A stretch of DNA of 64,000 bases. It comes from Candidatus Sericytochromatia bacterium (GTDB lineage Bacteria; Cyanobacteriota; Sericytochromatia; S15B-MN24; JAQBPE01). The DNA lies in contig JAYKHR010000165.1 of NCBI GenBank assembly GCA_035285125.1, positions 1 to 64,000 on the forward strand, given 5' to 3'. The position numbers and the translations under genes are program-made. The first letter of the stretch is position 1, and every line of letters starts with the position of its first letter. The notes under the pieces were generated by a model. It saw only the letters and a program-made list of their open reading frames with translations. It had not been told where the DNA came from and ran no database searches. Shown here one piece after another: positions 49,062 through 58,034 of the stretch.

Positions 49062-50222
49062 GTGACGCGATCAACAACATCACGAGCAAGGGACCCTAAC
49101 CGCATGCCGCAAGTGGACGACACCCTCGAATTTGGTCACATCGATTACGAATCGACGTTCCGGAACCTCCAGCAGGGGGACATCGTGAATGGCTTCGTGA
49201 TCAAGGTCGGCCCGGACGAAGTCCTGGTCGATGTGGGCGGCAAGTCGGAAGGCGTCATCCCCATCCGCGAGCTGTCCAGCACCCCCGTCAGCAACCCCTC
49301 CGAGTTCGTGCAGGTGGGTGATGAGCTTGAGCTCTACATCCTGCGCGAGGAGAACGAAGATGGGCAGCTCACGCTCTCCAAGAAGCGCGTGGATCAGGCC
49401 CGCGGCTGGATTCAGGCCGTCAAGGACCACGAGTCCGAGGCAACCATCAACGCGCCCGTCAAGGACGTCGTCAAGGGCGGCGTCATCGTCGACTGCTACA
49501 AGCTCCGGGGCTTCGTGCCCGCGTCGCAGCTTCGGACCAAGGGCCCTCACGAGGAGCTGATCGGTCAGGAACTGCCGCTCAAGATCATCGAGGTCGACCA
49601 GCGCCGGAACAAGTTGATCCTGTCGCACCGTCAGGCGATCGCCGCGGAGAAGGGCAAGCAGCGTTCCGAGACGCTCGCGTCGCTCGACGTGGGACAGATT
49701 GTCGAGGGCAAGGTCGTGCGGATCGCCGACTTCGGCGCCTTCATCGACCTGGGCGGCATCGACGGCCTGCTGCCGATCTCCGAGATTTCGTGGCAGCGCA
49801 TTCAGCACCCTTCGGACGTGCTGAAGATTGGCGACGACCTCACGCTCAAGGTCCTCAAGGTCGACCGGGACAGCCACAAGATCTCGCTGTCGCTCAAGCA
49901 ACTGCAGCCTGACCCCTGGACCACGCTCGCCGAGCGGTTCCGTGAGGGTGAGGTCATCGAGGGCCGCGTGACGAAGCTCGCCTCCTTCGGCGCCTTCGTC
50001 GAGATCGAGCCTGGCGTCGAGGCGCTCCTCCCCACGGCCGAAATGTCCGAGCGGCAGGTGAAGCCTGAAGAGGTGGTCAACGTCGGTCAGGAGATTCGCG
50101 CTGTGATCAAGCGGTTCCGCCCCGAGGACCGTCGCATCTCCCTGAGCCTGCGGGACATCGCGCAAGACATCACGGCCGCCGGCTACGATGAGGATGTCAA
50201 TGGGACGTCGGACGAGGAGTAA
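49062..50222 (+). CDS. rpsA: 30S ribosomal protein S1 (four S1 domains)
   Basis: Four S1 repeats (VDVGGKSEG, RGFVPASQL, DFGAFIDLGGIDGLL, SFGAFVEI); start 49062 or 49104. Confidence 0.93.
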   Translation: MTRSTTSRARDPNRMPQVDDTLEFGHIDYESTFRNLQQGDIVNGFVIKVGPDEVLVDVGGKSEGVIPIRELSSTPVSNPSEFVQVGDELELYILREENEDGQLTLSKKRVDQARGWIQAVKDHESEATINAPVKDVVKGGVIVDCYKLRGFVPASQLRTKGPHEELIGQELPLKIIEVDQRRNKLILSHRQAIAAEKGKQRSETLASLDVGQIVEGKVVRIADFGAFIDLGGIDGLLPISEISWQRIQHPSDVLKIGDDLTLKVLKVDRDSHKISLSLKQLQPDPWTTLAERFREGEVIEGRVTKLASFGAFVEIEPGVEALLPTAEMSERQVKPEEVVNVGQEIRAVIKRFRPEDRRISLSLRDIAQDITAAGYDEDVNGTSDEE

Positions 50223-51606
50223 GCCGCAGGGCGGTCACATATCCTCGGTCGAGCCGGGCAGCATTGCTGCCCGGCTCGAAATCCGTGCGGGAGACAAGCT
50301 CCTGTCGGTGAACGGCCGCACCCTGCGCGACATCATCGACTACCGCTACGAGATTGCCGAGCCGTGGGTGCACCTGCGCCTGCGCCGCGGGGACGCGATC
50401 ATCACCCGGCAGACAGAGAAGGAGATCGACGAGGACCTCGGCCTGCAGTTCGAGCTGGCCGTCTTCGACAACATCATCGAGTGCCACAACAAGTGCTCGT
50501 TCTGCTTCATCCACCAGATGGCACGGGGCCTGCGGCACTCGCTCTACATCATGGACGATGACTACAGGCTCAGCTTCCTGCAAGGCAACTTCGTCACGCT
50601 GACCAACCTCAAGCCGCAGGACTGGAAGCGCATTTACCAGGACCGCCTCAGCCCGATCAACGTCTCGGTCCACAGCACGAACCCCAGCCTGCGAGCCGAG
50701 ATGATCAAGCACCCACGCGGTGGGGACATCAAGGCCCACCTGCGGCGGCTCGCTCGGCACGGCATCGACTTCCACGCCCAGATCGTTTTTTGCCCCGGCT
50801 TCAACGACGGCGCCGAACTCGACCGCACGCTGCGGGACCTGGAGGCCTTCAAGCCCAACCTGCTCTCCGTGGCCATCGTGCCCGTCGGCCTGACGCAGTT
50901 CCGCAAGTACCTGCCTCAACTGACGAGCGTGACCCCCGACCTCGCTCGCGAGACGATCAAGCAGGTCAAGGCGTGGCAACGCCACTACCAGGCCCGCTGG
51001 GGCGACCCGACGGTGCGGCTGGGGGACGAGTTTTACGTCATGGCTGAGGTGCCCATGCCAGGGCACGGGCACTATGGCGACTACTGGCAGCTAGGAGACG
51101 GTGTCGGGGGCGGCGCGCTGCTTGCGCACGAGTTCAAGCGCCTCGCGAAGCACCTTCCAAAGTCCATGGCGCGGCCTCGACGCGTCACCGTCGTGACGGG
51201 CCAGGCGGCTGAGCGCCTTCTGCGCCCTCTCGTGGACCGGCTCAACGATATCGACGGGCTCGAGGTCGACATGCAGACCCTGGTGAGCCCCTTCTGGGGC
51301 CCCGAGATCACCGTCACTGGCCTGCTCACCTACCACGACCTCACCACCGGGCTCGCAGGCCGAGACCTGGGTGACGCCGTCGTCATCTCCCAGGTCATGC
51401 TGAAGGACGGCACGGACCTGCTGCTGGACGGCAAGCGTGTGCCCGATCTGGCCGAGGCGCTCGGGGTGCCGGTCCTCGCCGTCGAGAACTCGGCTCGCGG
51501 CCTCGTCGCCGGCGCACTCGGCACCCACGAGGGTGCGTTGCGCGGCGGCGAACACGCATACCACGGCCCCTACGAGCCGAACCTGCCACTCGCGGCCCTC
51601 AACTGA
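50200..51606 (+). CDS. DUF512 family putative radical SAM Fe-S protein with N-terminal PDZ
   Basis: CHNKCSFCF, DDDYRLSF..GNFVTLTN, VPVGLT, DEFY, GDGVG, TVTGLLT. Confidence 0.9.
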   Translation: MGRRTRSKPQGGHISSVEPGSIAARLEIRAGDKLLSVNGRTLRDIIDYRYEIAEPWVHLRLRRGDAIITRQTEKEIDEDLGLQFELAVFDNIIECHNKCSFCFIHQMARGLRHSLYIMDDDYRLSFLQGNFVTLTNLKPQDWKRIYQDRLSPINVSVHSTNPSLRAEMIKHPRGGDIKAHLRRLARHGIDFHAQIVFCPGFNDGAELDRTLRDLEAFKPNLLSVAIVPVGLTQFRKYLPQLTSVTPDLARETIKQVKAWQRHYQARWGDPTVRLGDEFYVMAEVPMPGHGHYGDYWQLGDGVGGGALLAHEFKRLAKHLPKSMARPRRVTVVTGQAAERLLRPLVDRLNDIDGLEVDMQTLVSPFWGPEITVTGLLTYHDLTTGLAGRDLGDAVVISQVMLKDGTDLLLDGKRVPDLAEALGVPVLAVENSARGLVAGALGTHEGALRGGEHAYHGPYEPNLPLAALN

Positions 51607-51615
51607 GTTTGGGCC

Positions 51616-52587
51616 TCACGGGGCCTCCTCCTCACGGCCTGGCAAGGCCTGCCCGCGGGGAGCCTCCGACCGCCGGGGGGCCTGGCTTTCGCCCTGAGAC
51701 GGGGTGCTGCGCGGGCCGCCGCCGCCGCCCGCCGGCGCGAGCCGCACGGACGAGCCTCCGACGCGAAGCAGCCCCTCGACGAGCAGGTGGTTGGGCACGC
51801 TGACCAGCCCGTCAGACGTCTGCAGCATCGTCGTCAGCAAGCCGACCCGCTGGATGCGGCCGCGGGTGGCCTCGAGCGCGACCTCGTCGCCCGGATGGAA
51901 CTGCTCGGCAACGGCCCGACCGGCAACGACGTCCCGCGCCTGGCCGCGCAGGCCAAACCCGAACGCGATGGCGGCGGCGAGCGCCACGGCGGCGATGATG
52001 GCGGTGTACAGGGTCTGCACGAGGGCAGGGGCGATGTTGAGCTGCCCGATGGCGGCCAGCACCGCAAAGCCCGCGACCACCCAGTAGGCCACGTCCGCCG
52101 CCACATCCCCGGTTCCCGCCAAAAGGCCCGCCGTGGCGCCGCGCACCAGCCGCTCAGCGACGGTGGCGAACAGCAACCCGAAGGTGAGCAGGGCGATCGC
52201 CGCCACCACGTTCGGCACGTAGGCGATGAGCGAGGCGATGCCTGCCGAGACCTGTGGCAGGCGCAACGTGTCGGCAGCCGCCATGAAGGCCACCAGCCAC
52301 ACGGTCCACCTGACGAGCGCGGCCACGAGGTCACTGGGTTCCAGCGCCACGCCAGCCCGCGCGATCGCCGCGTGGATGCCCGTCTGCCTCAGCGCCCTGT
52401 CGAACCGAAGCGCCTCGAGGCCTCGCTCCGTGAGCGTGGACAACGCCACGCCGACCCCCCACCCGACCAGCAGCACCAGCACCGCCCCCAGCACGTTGGG
52501 CATGAAGCCCAGCCAGCCGAAAACACCGGCCGTCGTGGCTCCCCATGTGGCTGCGCCCCATTCCTGAACGGCTTGCGCACCAGGCAT
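51616..52587 (-). CDS. TM-helix-repeat / MscS-like mechanosensitive channel protein
   Basis: Repeated PNVLGA / PNVVAA TM motif, AIAFGFG, and an MscS beta domain GD..GRI...VPN. Confidence 0.8.
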   Translation of the reverse strand: MPGAQAVQEWGAATWGATTAGVFGWLGFMPNVLGAVLVLLVGWGVGVALSTLTERGLEALRFDRALRQTGIHAAIARAGVALEPSDLVAALVRWTVWLVAFMAAADTLRLPQVSAGIASLIAYVPNVVAAIALLTFGLLFATVAERLVRGATAGLLAGTGDVAADVAYWVVAGFAVLAAIGQLNIAPALVQTLYTAIIAAVALAAAIAFGFGLRGQARDVVAGRAVAEQFHPGDEVALEATRGRIQRVGLLTTMLQTSDGLVSVPNHLLVEGLLRVGGSSVRLAPAGGGGGPRSTPSQGESQAPRRSEAPRGQALPGREEEAP

Positions 52588-52752
52588 CTCGTCTCCTCCT
52601 CCCGGACGTCCCAGGCCCGACGCCGGCGAGGGGGGGCCACATGGCCTCCCCCTGCCAGCCCGGCCCCGCCGCCCTCGCAGCGCGACGGTACCAGCGCGAT
52701 CAGCTGCCCACCAACGCCCGGGCGGGCGTCTCCCCCGCTTTGCGGGGCCGGC

Positions 52753-54861
52753 TCACTCGTCGGCGATGTGCTTGAGCCGGTCCATGTAGTACCGCTCGAA
52801 GTAGCGGTTGTGGTATCGGCTCATCTTGTAGGACATGTTCTTGACGACCATGCCCCGCAGCGGCACGCGGGCCTTCACCAGGAGGTCCTTGGCCGTGAGG
52901 GTGTGCTGCCGGGTCGTGGAGCGGACGTCGACCACCAGCAGCACGCTGTCCACCAAGCGGCCCAGCACGGCGGCGTCGGTGAAGAAGTTGATAGGCGGGG
53001 CGTCGAAGAAAATGGCGTCATAATCGCGGCGCAGCCGGTCGACCAACCGCCGGAAGGCCTCAGAGTGAATGGTCGAGACGGGGTCGGGCGGCACGGGCCC
53101 CGTGCAGAGAATGTCGAGGTTGTCGACATCGGTGGGCTGAATGGCTTCTTCAGGCGCGAGGCCCTCGTAAACCACGTCGTAGAGGCCCATCAGGTTGGGG
53201 CGGTCGAAGTTGATGTGCTGCGAGGGGGCCCGCAGGTCCGTGTCGATGATGAGCGTGCGGCGCCCGAGCTGGGCCGAGGTGATGGCCAAGTTGGCCAGCA
53301 CCGTCGACTTGCCCTCCTTGGGGCCCGGGCTCGTGATGAGCACGCACTGGTGCTCGACGTCGGGGTCGACCATGCGGGTGTAGGTCTGCAGGGCCCGGTA
53401 GCTCTCCGTGACGGGGGAGCGGGGGTCCTCGAGCACCACCAAGCGCTTGGTCGCAGCCTCACGGCCCTCGACCCACGGCAGCATGCCCAGGATGGGAAGG
53501 TCGAGGACGGTCTCGGCATCCTCCGGCCGCCGGATGCGGTCGTCGAGGAATTCGATGAACACAGCCGCCGCCACGCCGAACACGATGCCCAGCAGGAACG
53601 ACATCCCGACGAGCTTGTTCACCGGGAAGACCGACTTGTGCGCCGTCGAGGCCTCCTCGATGATGCGCATGTTGCCCACAGAGACGGCCTCCGTGATGCG
53701 TGCCTCCTGCATCCGCCGAAGGAAGGCGTTGTAGGTCTCGACGGCTGCCTGCTGCTGGCGCATCAGCTGCGTCATCTGCTGTTCCTTGGCCGGCAGCGAG
53801 GCGAAGCGCGTCTCATAGTAGCCCTTCGAGGTTTCGAGGGACTTCGCCCGGGCCGCCAGAAGCGTCAGCTCGGACTCGGCCGCAATCAGCTCCGACATAT
53901 AGCGCTGCTCGGTGGCCGTGCGCCCGAGTGCCAGGTCCTTGTCGTCGAGCCCCTGGCCGACGACCATCGTCACGCGCTCCCGCGCGGCGCCCTTGAGCCG
54001 CTCGAGCCGGGCTTCGGCCTCCCGCACCTCCGTGGAATCTTCCTTGTACTGCGACTTGAGGACGGCGATGCCAGACTCTGCCCGGGCCAGCTCCCCCTGC
54101 AAGGCGTTGTAGACCGGATCGCTGCGAAGCTTCTCCAGGCGCTGGGCGAGCCCGAGATCCGTCACCTCGAGGTGCTGCCGGGCGTCGGCCGCCTTCGCCT
54201 CCACGATGGTGCGTTGGAGCTGCATCTCCAGGGTCTCGGAGTCGATGGCCGCCAACTTGCCCGCCGCCTGCCCCCCGATCTCGGACACGGAGAGCACCCT
54301 GTTCTCCTCGCGGAAGCGACGCAAAGCCGCCTCCGCGTCGTTGAGCATCCCCTCGGTCTTGGCGAGTTGCTGCTCGATGAAGATGCGCGTCTGCCGGGCC
54401 GTCTCCTGGTGGAAAGACTTGTTCCGCTCAATGAAGACCCGACCGACCTCGTTCACGACCTTGACGGTGTACTCAGGGTCGCTTGATGTGAAGCGCACGA
54501 TGATGATGTCGGTGTCGCGATCCACATCCGCGGACAGGCCCGCGAGCACCTCATCCGTTCGGGCCGCAAGCTGTTCCCGAGGCACGCCGAGCCGGTTGAC
54601 GACGGTCTCGATGTTGGGCCTCGTGCGAATCAACTGGAGTTGCGTGTTGACCGGGTTGTTCCAGGACGGCAGATTCATGCCGACGTTGTTGAGCACCGAG
54701 TTCGCGATCGCGTTGGGCTCATACAACATCCGCAGCTGGGCGGAATAGGTGGAGGGCTGGTTCGACGTGCGCATCCACGTGCTGCCCGTGACCAGCACGG
54801 CCGAGAGCACAATCATCCACCAGCGCCGGGCCAGGATGCCCAGGTAATACTTCAGATCCAT
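52753..54861 (-). CDS. Polysaccharide co-polymerase / BY-kinase (Wzc-like)
   Basis: RRWWMI TM, coiled-coil region, second TM, ESYRAL, PKEGKST, DTDLR, DAPP, C-terminal Tyr cluster. Confidence 0.92.
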   Translation of the reverse strand: MDLKYYLGILARRWWMIVLSAVLVTGSTWMRTSNQPSTYSAQLRMLYEPNAIANSVLNNVGMNLPSWNNPVNTQLQLIRTRPNIETVVNRLGVPREQLAARTDEVLAGLSADVDRDTDIIIVRFTSSDPEYTVKVVNEVGRVFIERNKSFHQETARQTRIFIEQQLAKTEGMLNDAEAALRRFREENRVLSVSEIGGQAAGKLAAIDSETLEMQLQRTIVEAKAADARQHLEVTDLGLAQRLEKLRSDPVYNALQGELARAESGIAVLKSQYKEDSTEVREAEARLERLKGAARERVTMVVGQGLDDKDLALGRTATEQRYMSELIAAESELTLLAARAKSLETSKGYYETRFASLPAKEQQMTQLMRQQQAAVETYNAFLRRMQEARITEAVSVGNMRIIEEASTAHKSVFPVNKLVGMSFLLGIVFGVAAAVFIEFLDDRIRRPEDAETVLDLPILGMLPWVEGREAATKRLVVLEDPRSPVTESYRALQTYTRMVDPDVEHQCVLITSPGPKEGKSTVLANLAITSAQLGRRTLIIDTDLRAPSQHINFDRPNLMGLYDVVYEGLAPEEAIQPTDVDNLDILCTGPVPPDPVSTIHSEAFRRLVDRLRRDYDAIFFDAPPINFFTDAAVLGRLVDSVLLVVDVRSTTRQHTLTAKDLLVKARVPLRGMVVKNMSYKMSRYHNRYFERYYMDRLKHIADE

Positions 54862-54928
54862 GCCCGGCGCTCACCCCAGACGCGCGTGAATCCCCACGGC
54901 ACCAGGTGCCAACCGATCCCCACAGCCT

Positions 54929-55603
54929 TCAGTATGCCCCGTCCCGGGTGATCACAACCCAGAAGGTCTTGGCGATGATAAGGGCGTCGAGCAGCGGCGA
55001 CCAGTGCTCGATGTAGTACAGGTCCAGCCGCACCATTTCCTCGGACGAGAGCCGGGACCGCCCGCTCACCTGCCACAAGCCCGTGAGCCCGGGCAACACC
55101 GTCAGGCGCCCCCATTGCCAGGCTTTGTAGTACCGCGTGTCCTCCACGGGGAGCGGCCGGGGCCCGACCAGGGCCATCTCGCCGCGCAAGATGTTGAGCA
55201 GCTGCGGAAGCTCGTCCAGGCTGTTGCGACGGAGCCAGCTCCCCACCGCCGTGAGGCGCGGGTCGGCCAGGTCCTTGTAGAGCAGCTCGCTGCGACCCGC
55301 CGGGTGCCTGACGTCGCCCACGGCGTCCTCGACCCCGACGCGCATCGTGCGGAACTTGAAGATGGTGAAGGGGACGCCACCGCGCCCGAGGCGTTGCTGC
55401 CGGAAGAGGATCGGCCCAGGCGAGTCCAGCCTGATCAGCACGGCGATGAGGGCGAAGAGCCACCCCGTCAAAGCCAGCCCGACCAGCGCGCCCGCCACGT
55501 CCACCACGCGGCGCAACCGGCTGGCGTTCAGCCGCTGCTCCGGCGACGGCAGCCCACGGCCACCACGCTCCAACAGGCTTTCGGGTGCGGTCATGACGGA
55601 CAT
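54929..55603 (-). CDS. Priming sugar (phosphoglycosyl) transferase
   Basis: [49 protein letters not shown] 55603. Confidence 0.93.
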   Translation of the reverse strand: MSVMTAPESLLERGGRGLPSPEQRLNASRLRRVVDVAGALVGLALTGWLFALIAVLIRLDSPGPILFRQQRLGRGGVPFTIFKFRTMRVGVEDAVGDVRHPAGRSELLYKDLADPRLTAVGSWLRRNSLDELPQLLNILRGEMALVGPRPLPVEDTRYYKAWQWGRLTVLPGLTGLWQVSGRSRLSSEEMVRLDLYYIEHWSPLLDALIIAKTFWVVITRDGAY

Positions 55604-56757
55604 GCTTCCCCCTCCGATTCCAAGGCGCCGGGGCGCCGACCTTCGATGTGTCGTGCCAGCAGGGCCAGGAACTCCCGCTTGAAGCGTTCGGTCGAGAACC
55701 TGGCCGCGTGGGCGCGGATGACGGCGCGGTCGAAGGCGGTGTGCTCGCACGTGCGGACGGCCTCGACGAGCGCCTCCACCGTTTGCCGTTCGAAGAGCAC
55801 ACCCGTCTCGCCATCCCTCACCGTTTCCGCCGCGCCTGCCCGGTTCAAGGCGATCACCGGGCTTCCCGCAGCCATCGCCTCCACCGGGGCGATGCCGAAG
55901 TCCTCGATCCCCGGGAACACGAACCCCCTGCACGTCGCCATATGGAACCGAACGACGTCGTCAGGCTGCCGCCCCAGAAACCGGATGTTCGCCCCGGCCC
56001 GGGCCTCGAGCGCCCGGCGTTCCTTCCCATCTCCAATGATGACGAGCGGCAGGCCCAAGCGGTTGAAAGCATCCACGACCAGATCGATCCGCTTGTAGGC
56101 GACCAACCGGCTCACCACGAGGAAGTAGTCGGCAGGCGGCGGAGCCAACTTGAGCGCTTCCCCGATGCCCGCCACGTCTACCGGCGGGTAGAGCACCGCC
56201 GCAGAGCGCCTGTAATACTTTTCGATCCGGCGCCGCACGTAGTTTGAGATGGCCACGTATTCATCCACGCGCGCTGACGACAGCGCATCCCAGGTCCTGA
56301 GGTAGTGCATCAAGAGGGGCAGGAGGGCCCGCTGCCAACCTGGGAGCGTCTCCACCTCAAGATACTCCTGATACATATCCCAAACATAACGCAGGGGGCT
56401 GTAACATAAGCACATGTGAAAAGCGTGGCTGTCAACCAACACACCCTTTGCAACGGCGTGGTTACAGCTGATCACGACATCGAACCCCCGCAAGTCGAGC
56501 CCTTCGGCAGCCATGGGAAACAGGGGCAGGTACCACTGGTAGCGGGCGGGGCCGCCCGGGAGGCGCTGCAGGAAGCTGGTGCGAATGTCCCAGCCGCGCA
56601 TCTGCCGGGGCATCCTGGCCGCGTCGTAGACCGTGGTGAAGACGGGCGCCTCTGGAAACATGCCGTGTAGCACGTCGAGCACGCGCTCCGCGCCGCCCCC
56701 ACCGCCCGAGGTGGCGAGGCCGTCGTGCACAATGGCGATGCGGGGCGTTGCGGGCAC
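55591..56757 (-). CDS. GT4 family glycosyltransferase
   Basis: AIVHD..GGAERV, SRLVAYKRID, EDFGIAPVEAMAAG; GTG 56757. Confidence 0.92.
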   Translation of the reverse strand: MPATPRIAIVHDGLATSGGGGGAERVLDVLHGMFPEAPVFTTVYDAARMPRQMRGWDIRTSFLQRLPGGPARYQWYLPLFPMAAEGLDLRGFDVVISCNHAVAKGVLVDSHAFHMCLCYSPLRYVWDMYQEYLEVETLPGWQRALLPLLMHYLRTWDALSSARVDEYVAISNYVRRRIEKYYRRSAAVLYPPVDVAGIGEALKLAPPPADYFLVVSRLVAYKRIDLVVDAFNRLGLPLVIIGDGKERRALEARAGANIRFLGRQPDDVVRFHMATCRGFVFPGIEDFGIAPVEAMAAGSPVIALNRAGAAETVRDGETGVLFERQTVEALVEAVRTCEHTAFDRAVIRAHAARFSTERFKREFLALLARHIEGRRPGALESEGEACPS

Positions 56758-56865
56758 GCGGGGGCCGTCGGTGAGGGGCGGGGGCGTCAGAAAGCGCGTG
56801 GCGGCCCACCCGCCTCCGTGCGGGTATATAGGACACCAGCCCCATTCTGACAGCGCGAGGTCCGC

Positions 56866-57852
56866 GTGATCAACAAGTATCTCAAGACGCTCCTCAACGG
56901 GGGCGTGCCGGAAGCAGAACGCCGCCCCCTCGAGGACGGCCTGGCGGCCTACCAGCAGGGGAGGCATTCCGAGGCCCTGCCGTTGCTGGAGGAGGGCGTG
57001 GCAAGTCAGCCGCAACACTTCGACGGGCTCATGGCCCTCGGGCAGATCCACTTCAAAGGTGGCGACTTGGAGGCCGCGCAGCGCCGGTTCCTGGAGGCCC
57101 TCAGCCTCGAGAACCGCAACGCGACCCTCTACTTCCTGCTGGGTGAGGTGTCCTACCAGGGCGGCCGCCCCGCGGAGGCCCTCAGGTTCTACCAGCGCGC
57201 GACGTCGGTGGATGCCGACTACACCGACGCCTTCATCCGGATGGGGATGCTGCACCAAGAGGCCGGCCGGCTCGAGGAAGCCACCAAGGCCTACGAGCGG
57301 GCCATCTTCCTGGACCGCTCCGCCGTGGTGGCGAGGTTTCAACTGGCGCAGGTCTGCATCTCCCTGGGCGACACGCGCCGCGCCCTCACGCAACTGCACC
57401 TGGTGAAGGAGATCCACGGCGACTACCCGCCGGTGTTCGTGCTGCAAGGCGAGCTCCAGTTCGGGCTTGGCGATTTCCGTCAGGCCATCGTCGAATTCGA
57501 GCGTGCGCTGGAGCTCGGGGTCGTGGACGTGGGCCTCCTGTGGAGCCTGTCGGAGGCCCACGCGCGCGTGGGCGACAAGGATCAGGCCCTGGAGGCCGCG
57601 ATGCGAACGCTGGAGGAAGACCCGCTCCATCCCGCCGCCCACCTGCGCGTGGCGGAGTCGCTGGAGGCTGCCCGCCGCTACACGCAGGCCCTGCAACACT
57701 ACGAGACTCTGCTCGAGGTGGAGGGCTTCGACGCCGCCGCACGTGCCGGGTTCGAGCGGGTCTCTGCCGTCCTGGCAGAGATTGCGGCCAAAATGGCGGG
57801 CGAGGCCGATGCCCCCACGGCGAACGAGGGTGGCCAGCCGCCCGCGCCCTGA
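56866..57852 (+). CDS. Tetratricopeptide repeat protein
   Basis: About 8 tandem TPR motifs. Confidence 0.88.
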   Translation: MINKYLKTLLNGGVPEAERRPLEDGLAAYQQGRHSEALPLLEEGVASQPQHFDGLMALGQIHFKGGDLEAAQRRFLEALSLENRNATLYFLLGEVSYQGGRPAEALRFYQRATSVDADYTDAFIRMGMLHQEAGRLEEATKAYERAIFLDRSAVVARFQLAQVCISLGDTRRALTQLHLVKEIHGDYPPVFVLQGELQFGLGDFRQAIVEFERALELGVVDVGLLWSLSEAHARVGDKDQALEAAMRTLEEDPLHPAAHLRVAESLEAARRYTQALQHYETLLEVEGFDAAARAGFERVSAVLAEIAAKMAGEADAPTANEGGQPPAP

Positions 57853-57889
57853 TCCAAGCCATTGACGGGTCCCGCAGCAGGTGATTCCA

Positions 57890-57905
57890 TGTGACGGTCG
57901 TCACA
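57890..57905. promoter_or_regulatory. CRP-family operator
   Basis: Perfect TGTGA-N6-TCACA (TGTGACGGTCGTCACA). Confidence 0.6.
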
Positions 57906-57935
57906 CGCGTGGCGACAGGTCCGAGCAAACCACCC

Positions 57936-58007
57936 GTGGAACCGCTTTTCGCCAGCCTGCTGCTCGTCGTCTCGATGCTCTCGATGCAAAAGTTGCATCT
58001 GATCTGA
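57936..58007 (+). CDS. Candidate 23-aa hydrophobic small protein
   Basis: GTG..TGA encoding MEPLFASLLLVVSMLSMQKLHLI, 30 nt after the CRP box; SD weak. Confidence 0.3.
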   Translation: MEPLFASLLLVVSMLSMQKLHLI

Positions 58008-58034
58008 GCGCCAGTCCAGCGGGCCGTCGGGGCA

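Noticed and set aside
57699..57998. 99-aa minus-strand ORF as a ComX-like precursor downstream of the receptor
   Set aside because: It overlaps the TPR gene antisense, has no clear RBS and shows no ComX-like features.
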